From: an uncultured Acidobacteriota bacterium
GTDB taxonomy: Bacteria; Acidobacteriota; Blastocatellia; RBC074
Direction of reading: 5' to 3'
DNA length: 64,000 nucleotides
Assembly: GCA_963796275.1 (NCBI GenBank)
Contig: CAWCKY010000004.1
Coordinates: 928,001 to 992,000 of the forward strand
Part shown: positions 42,409-53,677 of the stretch, one piece after another
How positions within the stretch are numbered: position 1 is the stretch's first letter
How the letters are laid out: every line of letters begins with the position of its first letter
Notes under the pieces: model-generated
What the model was told of the DNA's origin: nothing
What the model saw: only the letters and a program-made list of their open reading frames with translations
Databases searched by the model: none
Made by a program: the position numbers and the translations under genes

Positions 42409-45048
42409 ATGATTCCGATCTGGCTCATCAGATTCATCGGCGTGATCGTACCGCACCGCTTGCGCGCCGATTGGCGGCAGGAGTGGGAAGCCGAACTGCG
42501 TAACCGCGAAATATTGTTGGCCGAATGGGACAGGCTCGACTGGCGAAGCAAACTAGATCTGCTGCGACGCAGCATCGGTGCGTTCCGTGATGCGTTGCTG
42601 TTGCAACCGCGTAGATTGGAGGATGAAATGTTTCAAGATTTGAGATATGGCGCGCGAATGCTGCTCAAGAATCCCGGCTTCACCGCCGTGGTGGTACTGA
42701 CGCTCGCGCTGGGCATAGGCGCAAACGTGGGCTTCTTTTCAGTAGTCAATGGCGTGCTCCTCAATCCACTGCCTTTCCCGCAGCCAGAGCAGCTTATAAC
42801 GCTCCACCAGAGCAAACCGAACTTCGCGACCGGCGCCATACCCTACCCGAATTTTCGTGACTGGCAAAAGGAGAATCAGACCTTTTCCGCGATGGCTATT
42901 TCGCGCGGGGCCAGTTTCATCCTGATCGGCACTGGTGAAGCCGAGCAGCTTCCAGGGCGGTGGGTCTCCTCGGACTTCTTCACTGTGCTGGGCGTCAAAC
43001 CTCAGCTTGGCCGGAACTTCGCGCCGGGCGAAGATGAGCGCGGCGCCGGCCCGGTGATACTGATCAGCGCAGAGTTTTGGCGGCGCAAATTCGGGGCTTC
43101 GCCGGATGCGCTGGGCCAAAAGCCTGGCGTTGGACAATAAGAGCTACACGATCGTAGGCGTGCTCCCGGCGAGCTTCACTCTGATTCGCGGCATCGATAT
43201 CTATGCGCCCATCGGCCAATGGGACAACCCCGGGCTGCAGAATCGCACCTCGGCTTTGGGTCTTCACGGCATTGGCCGCCTCAAGCCTGGCGTAACGCTC
43301 GCACAGGCGCAGGCTGATTTGGATGGCGTAATGCGGAGGCTGGCCGAAACCTATCCCGATGCCAACCGAGGCAATGGCGCGGCGCTCGTCCCGCTCAAGG
43401 GAAGGTTGGTTGGCGATGTCGGGCCGATTCTGTGGATGCTGCTCGGTGCGGTTGGGTTCGTGCTTCTGATCGCGTGCGTGAATGTCAGCAACCTGCTGCT
43501 CGCGAGGTCGCCGGCCGGACGCGCGAATTTGCCATTCGCGCCTCGCTGGGCGCGACCCGCTGGCGATTGCTGCGCCAATCGCTGACCGAGAGTATGCTGC
43601 TTGCGTTAGCCGGAGGCGGATTGGGCCTGGCAATCGCCGGCTGGTGTACGAAGGCCGCGCTCGCCGCGCTCCCAACCACGCTGCCACGCGCGGAAGAGGT
43701 TGGGCTGCATGGCCGTGTCCTGGTTTTTACTCTGGCTATTTCATTGCTGACCGGATTGTTATCCGGGCTGGCTCCTGCGTTGAAGTTTTCACAGTGGCGT
43801 TTGGCGGACACACTCAAGGAAGGCGGCCGTGGGGCGGGCGGCGGGCGCCACCGTGCGCAAGGCATCTTAGTCGCGGTAGAGATGGCGCTGGCGCTCGTCC
43901 TTCTCATCGGCGCCGGCTTGATGATCCGCAGCCTCTCTGCGCTATGGAATGTTGATCCGGGCTTTCGTCCGGACAATGTATTGACATTCGGAATTCGCTT
44001 CCCGCCATCGATAAGAACCGCCAGCCCGGAAGCGATACGCACCAACCTGCGCGAATTGAGCGACAAGCTCAGTTCCCTGCCTGGCGTACAGGCCGCTTCA
44101 TTCTCGACAGGCGCGGCACCTCTCCAGGGTGAAGACGATCTGTACTTCTGGCTCGATGATCAGCCCAAACCTGAGAGCACTAGCGAGATGCATATGGCGC
44201 TGATCTACCGGGTCGAACCAGGCTACCTGACGGCGATGGGCATTCCGCTCAGGCAAGGCCGCTTTTTCACCAATCAAGATGATGAACGATCTCAGCCCGT
44301 CGCTGTGATCGACGAGGTCCTTGCTCGCCAATATTTCCCGAATGCAAACCCTATCGGCAAGCGAATCAATCTGGGTGACGACAGAGGTGCGCGGCAAATA
44401 ATTGGAGTGGTCGGGCACGTGATGCAGTGGAGTCTCGATTCGAATGACTCGGAATCGCTCCAGGCGCAACTCTATGAACCATTCAGGCAAGCGTCGAACA
44501 ACCCTTCCGGCGTGGGGGTGGTGATACGCGCAAAGGGGGACATCGGGCCTGGTTTCTCCGATATGGTTCGCCGGGTCGTCCTTAGCCAGCACGGCCAGAA
44601 TGTTATCTCCGGCCAGCGAACAATGAATGAGGTGATCGGCGATTCGCTGACCCAACATCGATTCTCGATGATCGTGCTCGACGCATTCGCCGCAGTGGCG
44701 CTCCTGCTGGCCAGCATCGGCCTCTACGGCGTCATCTCCTATCTCGTCGGCCAGCGGACAAACGAACTCGGCATCCGCATCGCCTTGGGCGCCGGGCGCA
44801 GAGACATTCTGCGTCTAATCATAAATCACGGGATGAAGATGGCGTTGGGCGGAGTGGCGATTGGGCTGATCGCCGCCCTCGGATTGACCAGACTAATGAA
44901 TAAGATGCTGTTCGGTGTGAGCGCGACCGACCCGGCGACGTTCGCAGTCATCGCGTTGTTGCTTGTGATGGTAGCGCTCGCGGCCTGCATCGTTCCAGCA
45001 TGGCGGGCGACGAAGATAGACCCGATGGTGGCGCTAAGGTGCGATTAA
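42409..45048 (+). pseudogene. ADOP-type ABC permease no. 2, frameshifted as assembled (+1 near 43117, -1 near 43510)
   Basis: Three overlapping ORFs (42325, 43106, 43432) join into one collinear ADOP protein ending IDPMVALRCD. Confidence 0.8.
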
Positions 45049-45053
45049 ATAAG

Positions 45054-45168
45054 TCGGTTGTCGGTACTCGGAAGCCGGTTGTCGGTTGTCGGTTGTCATT
45101 TGCTCAAACTATCAAGATCGGTGTCTCAGATGCGCACCCGATAACCGACAACCGACAACCGACAACCG
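45054..45168. repeat. Inverted heptamer repeat hairpin (TCGGTTG / CAACCGA)
   Basis: About 5 TCGGTTG-like units followed by about 4 CAACCGA units. Confidence 0.75.
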
Positions 45169-45192
45169 AACGTGGTGAATCCTCCTTCGCTG

Positions 45193-47905
45193 ATGGCTGA
45201 TGCGACGCGGACAACTCGCTTTCGTTTCTGGCTCTGGCTGATCCGCGCCATCGGCGTGATCGTGCCACACCGGCTACGCTCAGACTGGCGGCAGGAGTGG
45301 GAAGCGGAGTTGCGGAACCGCGAAACGTTATTGACCGAATGGGGGAGGCTGGACTGTACCCCACAAACTCGATCTGCTGCGGCGAAGCATCGGCGCGTTT
45401 TGGGATGCGCTGTTCCTGCAACCACGAAGATGGGAGGACGAGATGATTCAAGACCTGCGTTTCGCCGTGCGAATGCTGTTGAAGAAGCCTGGTATCACGT
45501 TTATCGCGATACTGACCCTCAGTCTGGGCATCGGCGCCAATACCGCGATCTTCAGCGTCGTCCATGCTGTGCTGCTCAAGCCGCTTCCCTATGCGGACCC
45601 GGAAAGACTGGTGATGCTCTGGGAGAGCAGCGAGAAGATTGGCGGCGAGTTTGACGTGCGGATAAGTAACTTCCTGGCCTGGCGGGAAGAGCAGCAGGTG
45701 TTCGCGCAACTCGCGGCTTATCAGTACCAGGATTTCAATCTCTCCAGCGGCAACAGGCCGGAGAGGATTCAGGGCGTGCTCGTAACCGCAACCCTGTTTT
45801 CGCTGCTCGGCGTGCAACCGGCCGCGGGGCGCAACTTCCTGCCGGAAGAAGAGCGTTATGGCCAGCATCGCGTCGTCATCGTCAGCCATGACTTCTGGCG
45901 CCGGCGCTTCGGCGATGATCCACAAACGCAAGACACTCAAGGCTGGCGAGAGAGGGCGCTGACGCTCAATGGCGAAACATATCGGGTGATCGGCATGATG
46001 CCCGCGGGCTTCGAGATCGCGCGTGGTGGTGGGATGCCGAAGGGACTGGCGTATGCACCTCGCGCCGATTTGTGGACGCCGATTCCTTTCAAACCGGAGG
46101 ATCGCGCAAACATCAGGCGTTATCCGATAGTCATCGGACGGCTGCGCCCAGAGGTAACGATGGAACATGCGCAAAGCACAATGACGGAGCTGGCGCGGCG
46201 GCTCGACCCGTCCGAACCTCATAAGATCGTGAAGCTGGTCGCGCTCAGCGAACAGTTGACCGGCAAAGTCCGCCCTGCGCTGCTCGTGTTGCTCGGCGCG
46301 GTCGGCCTGGTGCTGCTGATAGCCTGCGCCAACGTCGCCAATCTGAAACTGGCGGGGACTGCCGCGCGGCGGCGCGAATTCGCACTGCGCGCCGCGCTGG
46401 GAGCCAGCCGGCTACGTCTCGCGCGTCAGGTGGTGACCGAAGGGCTGCTGCTTTCCGCGTTAGCCGGCGCGAGCGGATGGCTGCTGGCGCACTGGTTCCG
46501 CAACCTGATCGTGGCATTTCAGCCCCGATGACTTGCCTCGCGTGCATGAAATCGCGCTCGACGGCGCTGTCCTGGGTTTCACGCTTCTGGCTTCGATCCT
46601 AACAGGCATTATCTTCAGTCTCGCACCCGCCGCGCGTTTTTCGAAACCGGACCTTAACCAGGACCTGAAGCCTAGCGGCGGAAAGATGACTTTGAGCCTC
46701 TCCCGCTTCAGCATGGGCAGTCTGCTGGTGGTCGCGGAGGTTGCGCTGGCGCTTGGGCTGCTGCTCGGCGCAGGACTTCTGCTCAACAGTTTAGTGCGGC
46801 TCCAGCGCGTCGATCCGGGCTTCGACGCGCGCAACGTCGCTGACGATGCAACTCTCTCTGCCGCAGCCGCAATATTCCACGGGGGCCCAGATGGAGAGTT
46901 TTCACCGCCAAACGCTGGAACGCATCGAAGCGCTGCCCGGCGTTGAGGCTGCCGGGCTGATCAATGAGCTGCCGCTCGGCGGTGGCGACATGGACTTTCC
47001 GGAATTCACGATCGATGGGCAGGAGTCGACACCAGGCGCCTACTGGTTCACCAACAGCCTGAGCGTCGTCAGTCCCGGTTATTTCCGGGCGATGGGAACT
47101 CCGCTCGTGCGCGGCCGGTTATTCGACGACCGCGATAGCGAGCAGTCGGAGCGCGTGGTCATCGTCAACGAAGCGGCGGCACGACGCTACTGGCAGGGCC
47201 GCGACCCGGTCGGCAGCCGCATCAGCGCATTGAACGCTTTTTTCCGATTCCTCGTGGTCGGCGTGGTCGCCGATGTCCGGCATCAGGGGTTGGAGAGCGA
47301 AACCAATCCGCGCGTCTATCTGCCTCACACGCAGGTGATGGATCGGATGAAGACCCGACTGCTGCGCTCGATGACGCTGGCCTTGCGCTCCGCCCATCCC
47401 CGCTGAACCCCTGATCGCGGCCGTCCAGCGCGAGGTCAGCGCAGTGGATCGAGAACAACCCGTCTCGAATATTCGGACGATGCGACAGGTGGTCGCCGCT
47501 TCGGTAGCCGAGCGCAAGTTCACGACGGCGCTGCTCGGCGCTTTCGCCGCGCTCGCCCTGCTGCTCGCGCTCATCGGTATCTACGGCGTCATGTCTTACG
47601 TAGTCACGCAGCGCACGCATGAGATCGGCATCCGCGTGGCGCTCGGCGCCAGAGCGAGCGATGTCATGCGCCTGGTGATCAGGCAGGGGATGAAGTTGGC
47701 GTTCGCCGGACTGATCGTCGGATTGCCGGTTTCGTTCGCATTGGCGCAATTGATGAAGAGATTGCTGTATGGCGTGAGCGCGACCGATCCGCTGACTTTT
47801 GTGGCAGCGGCGGCGCTGTTGATGGGGGTGGCACTGCTAGCCGCGCTAGTTCCGGCACGGCGAGCCATGAAGGTTGACCCTGTGATTGCGCTACGCAGCG
47901 AATGA
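45193..47905 (+). pseudogene. ADOP-type ABC permease no. 3, four +1 frameshifts as assembled (near 45357, 46516, 46838, 47395)
   Basis: ORFs 45172, 45443, 46533, 46846 and 47444 join into one ADOP protein ending VDPVIALRSE. Confidence 0.8.
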
Positions 47906-47908
47906 CTT

Positions 47909-50547
47909 ATGCGAAGACTATTGATCAGGCCACATCTGAGACTGATCGCGATGATTGGCGTCATCGTGCCTCGCCAGTTACGCGCTGATTGGCGGCAAGA
48001 GTGGGAAGCCGAATTGCGCTCGCGCGAATCGCTCCTGGCTGAATGGGACAACCTCAATTGGAGGACGAAACTCGACCTGCTGCGACGAAGCATCGGCGCA
48101 TTCCGTGATGCGCTGTTATTACAACCGAGACGATTGGAGGATGAGATGTTTCAAGACCTGCGCTTCGGCGTGCGAATGTTGATCAAGAATCCCGGCCTCA
48201 CGACGATCGCTGTCATCACGTTCGCGCTCGGCATCGGCGCCAACACAGTTGTCTTCAGCGGCGTCTACGCGATGCTGTATCAGCCGCTCCCCTATCCGAA
48301 CTCCGAGCGATTGGCGGTGGTCTCGCAGGTGAGCCGGGAGAAGGTGGAGTTCGGAGTTTCATATCCTGACTTCACAGCCTGGAAGGAACGAAACAGCTCG
48401 TTCGAGCGGATGGCGGTATCGCGCGGGATCAATGTCATTCTGGACGTTGGCGATGAGGTCGAGCGCGTGGCGGGCAGTCGGGTCTCCTCAGAATTCTTGG
48501 CTATCCTCGGCGGTCACGTCCAAATGGGCCGCGTCTTTCTTGCGGATGAGTTTCGTCCGGGCGCTTCCAAAGTAGTCATTCTCAGCCACAAGCTGTGGCA
48601 GGAACGCCTGGGTGCTGATGCGAACGTAATCGGCCGGACGCTTTAACTCGACGATCGGAGCTACACGGTCGTCGGCGTAATGCCGCCATCGTTCCTCTAT
48701 CCGTTTCGCTCCACCTTCTGGACGCCGCTCGAAGCCGAGGAAGAGTCCGCAACGCTGCTGGACGCAACGGCGAACCATTACCAGCTTATCGGTGCCCTCA
48801 AACCGGCGTAAGCTTTGCCGGCGCCGCGCAAGAGATGGCGGGGCTACCGCGCGCCTCGTCACAACAGAGAACGGCGGGACAGCCCGAATTGATAGTGAAG
48901 ATGGCTCTCCTGCGCGATACGATCCCCGGCCTGACGAAGTATCGAGCTCCCATATACGGGCTGCAACTGGCCGTCTTCTTCGTGCTTCTGATCGCTAGCG
49001 TGAATCTGGCCAATCTGCTGCTGGCGCGCAATGCGACCAGACGCCAGGAGTTCACCATTCGCCTGGCGCTCGGCGCGAGCCGGAGGCGACTCGCGCGCCA
49101 GCTGTTGGTGGAGAGCCTGCTGCTCGGACTGCTCGGCAGTCTGCTCGGAATTTTGCTCGCAGCGTGGGGGATGAACGCGCTGCGCGCTGCCGGGGACCTT
49201 CGATTGCCCGGCGCGGGCGAGATCGAAATCAACATGCCCGTACTGCTCATAGCTCTGCTCGTCGCATTGTTGACGAGCCTCGCTTTCGGGCTCGGCCCGG
49301 CGCTCGTCGCTGCGCGCCAGGATTTGATCGAATGTCTCAAATCTGGCATCACAGCCGCTGACCCGCGCAGGCGGCGTTTGAGCGGCATTCTGGTCGCGGT
49401 AGAGGTCGCGCTGGCCGTGGCGCTACTCACCGGCTCGGGATTGATGATCAGCACTTTTCTCAATCTGACAAAGGAAGACCCCGGGTTCAATCCCAAGCAC
49501 GCCGGAGCGGTCTCGATCTCTCTTCCACAATCGAACGAGGATGAGCATCCGGATCATGAAAGTCTGGCCTCCTATTTCGACGAGGCCATCAGACGGATAC
49601 GCGCGCTGCCCGGAGTCGAGTCGGTCGGGGGCGTGGCGTATCTGCCTCTCGTCGGCTATAACCCCGGCGTTGATTTCACGATCGACGGGCGCGCGTCAGC
49701 GCCAGAGGGGAGGCTGAGAGCAGACATCCAACCCATCACACCGGACTACTTCCAGGCTATCGGCATGCCGCTACTGCGCGGGAGACCGTTCACCGATGCC
49801 GAGATGAAGCCGCAACCCGATGTGGCGATCGTCAATAACGCGTTCGCTAAAAAGTTCTGGTCCGATAAAGACCCGATTGGCAAAAGTATTATGTTGCAGA
49901 GTGACAAGCTGCCTAATGGCCCCCTCGTCGTAGTCGGAGTCGTAGGCGATGTAAAGCAGTTCGGTCTGCATATGGAGCCCCGGCCTGAAATCTATTTGCC
50001 GATGCGCCGCCACTCGATGGCGCTGATCGTCCGCACTGCCGGCGATCCGGTTCAATTGGCCGCGGCTGTGCGAGAGGCCGTCCAGCAGCTGGATAATCGG
50101 GCGGCGATCAGCATGAGGACGATGGAGAATGTGGTGAGTCGTTCAACCTGGTCGCGGCGCACACTCGCTTTGCAGATGGTGACCCTGGGGGCGGTCGCGT
50201 TGCTGCTGGCCGCGATGGGAATTTACGGCGTGATCTCTTATCTGGTTGCGCAGCGCACGCGCGAGATGGGAATCCGCCTGGCGCTCGGCGCGCAAAGACT
50301 CGATCTCCTCCGACTCGTCATCGGGCAAGGGCTGATGCTGACGATGATCGGCGTCGCTGCCGGCCTGGTCCTCGCGTTCGCTCTGACGCGCTTCATTTCA
50401 AGCATGCTTTTCGGCGTGAAGGCGAATGATCCGATCACTTTCGTCGCGATTGCACTGCTATTGGCGGCCGTGGCCCTGATGGCGAGTTTTCTGCCTGCCC
50501 TCCGCGCGATGAAGGTCGACCCGCTCGCGGCGCTGCGACACGAGTGA
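47909..50547 (+). pseudogene. ADOP-type ABC permease no. 4, in-frame TAA at 48644 and -1 frameshift near 48803 as assembled
   Basis: The frame continues past the TAA (LDDRSYTVVGVMP), then shifts into ORF 48835 ending VDPLAALRHE. Confidence 0.8.
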
Positions 50548-50583
50548 CGCGAGATTCACCGCAAATCTCACAAAGTTAAATTA

Positions 50584-50618
50584 AAAGACACAGAAGAGAG
50601 AGGCTCTTCTGTGTCTTT
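50584..50618. terminator. Bidirectional hairpin terminator between convergent genes
   Basis: Perfect 15-bp stem AAAGACACAGAAGAG / CTCTTCTGTGTCTTT inside a larger imperfect inverted repeat (50553-50645). Confidence 0.7.
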
Positions 50619-50658
50619 CGCAATTCTGTGAATTTTGGGTGAATCCACTCCCTGATCT

Positions 50659-53034
50659 TTACTGACTTTCAACTGCTCCGATATCAGTGCCGCCCGGAAC
50701 CCCGGTATTGATCAGGTCGCTTCCGGGCGCCAGCCTGAGGAAATTCCCGAGGCTGATGCTGCCATCGGAGTTGCGGTTAACAGTGGGCGTGAGACTGATG
50801 AAATCAGCCGCGCTCACGACCAGGCCTTTGGCATTAACGCTCACGCCATTCTTCCACCAGCAGTTGGTGCTGGAGACGTCAGTACCGACAGTATGGTCGC
50901 TGTTGGTGCCCTGGAAGGAGAGGTTGTTGGAGAAGACGTGGGTGCCCTCGTCGAATTTGATGTTCTCCTCGCCGTTGCCCCACGAGGTGTTGTTCGTCAT
51001 CGTGATGCTGCCCGGATTCCGGTTGAAGGTGAAGCCATGCTTTTTGTTGCCGAAGGCTATCGAGCGCCTCACGATGTGATTGACCGCGATGTCCTCCCCG
51101 CCCAGTTTGAAACCATTGCCATCGCTGTCGGTGGTCGTACCGCCGCTCGACAGCGTCCCGTTGTTGTAAGCGATGCAATTCTCGATCGTCACAGCGCCGA
51201 TCGCTCCGGTGTCGTCCTGCGTGAAGAGGTCCCAGCCATCATCGATATTGTGATGGGCGATACAACCGCGAAAGACGTTGCCCGGCCCGGATGTCAGTTT
51301 GGAGGCGAACCCATCGGCATCTTCACCGTTATCCGGATCGAAATTATCGAAGGACGTACAGTTGAGGATCAGGTTATTGGAGGGCCATTCGCTCACGGGA
51401 GCGCTCGAAGAGTGGCGGCTGAGTTGCAGCCCTGTGTCACGGTTATGATGCGTGATGCAGAGCTCGATGGTGTTGTTGTTGCCGCCGATGAAGATGCCGT
51501 TGTCGCCGGCGCCCATGACTTCCAGCCCACGAAAATGCCAGAAGTGGCCGTTGAGCTGGATGCCTCGATTGCTCGAAGCGAACGCCTGTGCTGAGAAGTT
51601 CAGAATCGGCCTCTCGCTGCCGAACGCGTAGATTTTCTTGGTCTGGCCGGAGCTACCGTTGTTGCCGCGAGCGATAGTGACCGTGGTTGATAGGTTATAT
51701 GTGCCGCCCCGCATGAAAATCGTTCCGCCCGCCGCGATGCGAGTGACAGCCGAGGCCAGCGTGGCCGGCTGAGCCATCGTTCCCGGATTCGAATCGGTCC
51801 CGTTCGGAGCGACGAAAAGATCACCACCTCCAACCGGCGTGTCTACCGGCGTTGCGCTGACCTGACTTGAGTTGGCGCTCTGACCTGCGGAATTCACCGC
51901 GGAGACCACGAAGAAATAGGTCGTACCATTGACCAGCCCCATGTTGAGAAAACTCGTCGCGCTCACACCGGTGGCTATCGTCGTATATGGGCCGCCACTC
52001 GTCAGCGACCGCTTGACGTTGTAACTGCTCGCCCCCGCCGATGCGTTCCAACCCAACGAGACCTGCTCATCTCCCGCGTTGGCCAGTAGACCGGTCGGCG
52101 CTGGCGGCGGGTTTTGCACTCCCTGCGGCGTCGCGCTGATTTGGCTCGAGTTGACGCTCTCTCCGAAAGAATTCACCGCCGAGACTACATAATGGTATGT
52201 CACTCCATTCGTCAGGCCGGTATTGAGATAATTGGTGGAAGTAACACCAGTAGCGATGATGGTGTAGGGACCGCCGTTCGTGGTCGAACGCTTGACGTTG
52301 TAGCTGCTCGCACCCGTCGATGCGTTCCAACTCAACGTCACCTGCGCGTTACCCGGAGCGCCCGAGAGACCGGTCGGGATAGACGGAAGAGATACGCCGC
52401 CTCCCAGCAAGGAGATGAAAAAATCGTCGAACGATGCGCTCGCGAAATATGTCGCCCCGCCGATGAGCCCGGAAGTGTATTCGCCCTCCGTCGCATTCAA
52501 AAGCAGCGCGCCATTCACATAGCCGCTCAGAGATGAGCCCTGCGCGTCGAGACGGAGCGTGTAATACGTACCCGTTGTAAAATTGAATGACCTTGACGCC
52601 AGAATTATAGGTGCACTTCCCGCTCGCTTACCCAATACGAGTCGGTTTCCATTCTGCAGCGCCAGAAAATAATAATGGTTCGAGTTCACCACGCGCGTCA
52701 TCACACCGATAAAGCGATCGGCTCCGTTGAAGGCGATCGGCTTCACTCGCGCCTGTACCGAGATGTCGGTCCACGACGAGGACCCGGTCCTCGTATTCGA
52801 GTCCGCGCTCGTGCCTGATTGCCTGTAGGCCAGCGATCCATCCGTCACAACCGACCAGGTTCCGCTCGATCTCGTCCATCCGCTCGCATTCCCATCCTGA
52901 AAGTCGTCGCTGAACAATGTCTGGGTCTGGGCTGAAACTCCGAAGCCGATGAGGATGGCAAAAAGAGCTACCAGTATGGAGAGAGTGATTTTTTTCTTTC
53001 GTTCTATTTGTAGCTGGATACTTTCGTTTGTCAT
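50659..53034 (-). CDS. Secreted PL9 (PelL-like) pectate lyase with N-terminal lectin/LamG-like domain and two FN3 repeats
   Basis: Signal peptide; FSDDFQDG beta-sandwich; two LxWNASxGASSYNVKRS repeats; DADGFASKL...NIDDGWD and DGNGFKLGG PL9 motifs; SD AAGGAG before ATG 53034. Confidence 0.88.
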   Translation of the reverse strand: MTNESIQLQIERKKKITLSILVALFAILIGFGVSAQTQTLFSDDFQDGNASGWTRSSGTWSVVTDGSLAYRQSGTSADSNTRTGSSSWTDISVQARVKPIAFNGADRFIGVMTRVVNSNHYYFLALQNGNRLVLGKRAGSAPIILASRSFNFTTGTYYTLRLDAQGSSLSGYVNGALLLNATEGEYTSGLIGGATYFASASFDDFFISLLGGGVSLPSIPTGLSGAPGNAQVTLSWNASTGASSYNVKRSTTNGGPYTIIATGVTSTNYLNTGLTNGVTYHYVVSAVNSFGESVNSSQISATPQGVQNPPPAPTGLLANAGDEQVSLGWNASAGASSYNVKRSLTSGGPYTTIATGVSATSFLNMGLVNGTTYFFVVSAVNSAGQSANSSQVSATPVDTPVGGGDLFVAPNGTDSNPGTMAQPATLASAVTRIAAGGTIFMRGGTYNLSTTVTIARGNNGSSGQTKKIYAFGSERPILNFSAQAFASSNRGIQLNGHFWHFRGLEVMGAGDNGIFIGGNNNTIELCITHHNRDTGLQLSRHSSSAPVSEWPSNNLILNCTSFDNFDPDNGEDADGFASKLTSGPGNVFRGCIAHHNIDDGWDLFTQDDTGAIGAVTIENCIAYNNGTLSSGGTTTDSDGNGFKLGGEDIAVNHIVRRSIAFGNKKHGFTFNRNPGSITMTNNTSWGNGEENIKFDEGTHVFSNNLSFQGTNSDHTVGTDVSSTNCWWKNGVSVNAKGLVVSAADFISLTPTVNRNSDGSISLGNFLRLAPGSDLINTGVPGGTDIGAVESQ

Positions 53035-53050
53035 GGGTTCTCCTTGGTTG

Positions 53051-53144
53051 GCGCGCGGGGACGCATCGCTTCCAGCTTGCTGAGATTCGATCATCGGCCG
53101 CCGGGTGAAACTCCGCACACTGGAAGCGATGCGTCCCCGCGCGC
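53051..53144. repeat. Perfect 25-bp inverted repeat REP-like element related to 42295
   Basis: GCGCGCGGGGACGCATCGCTTCCAG and CTGGAAGCGATGCGTCCCCGCGCGC arms. Confidence 0.85.
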
Positions 53145-53677
53145 TCTTCATCGTTTCAGGGCGTCTTCATTCGAAGACTTGAGGGCTCCTCCTGTAGTTG
53201 ACGGGTTATACGTTCATCTTCTATTTTTCATCAATTGTCTCAATATGTAACTAATGCACTGAGACAAAGCTACTTAGAGGGACTGTTATCACAGAGAGTG
53301 TCTAGAAAAAAATATTGAGATGACGGCTAAATATCAGGACCAGGCTTCGACGGGAAGCCCTCGGGAACTGCAATAATGCCCATGAATGCAACTTTATAAG
53401 AACATCCCGGAAACAACTGCAACTTCATGGCTTAATTTCATCTTCCCTAAATGGCCACCCAGGATGATGCCAGTCAACTATGATTTGCAGCTATAGCAAT
53501 CAAATAATTAGGCTAACGGGATTTTGTCTTAACACGAGACAAATACTCCGAATCGGATGATTTGTCAACAGAGACCCAGATTATGATGAAAAATTTTAGA
53601 TATTTTAGACAGACAGGGTTTACAGGATTTTGGGGATTTACTTCAATCCTGCAAATCCCGTCTGTTTTCGATCGTTA

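Noticed and set aside
42266-50658. Integron-like cassette array with palindromes between ADOP genes as attC sites
   Set aside because: The spacers are unrelated repeat types without RYYYAAC/GTTRRRY boxes, one junction is only 3 bp, and there is no integrase.
53335-53420. tmRNA-like GGCTTCGACGGG motif or riboswitch in the long spacer
   Set aside because: No GGGG acceptor-stem start, tRNA-like 3' end or tag ORF, and no riboswitch consensus recognised.
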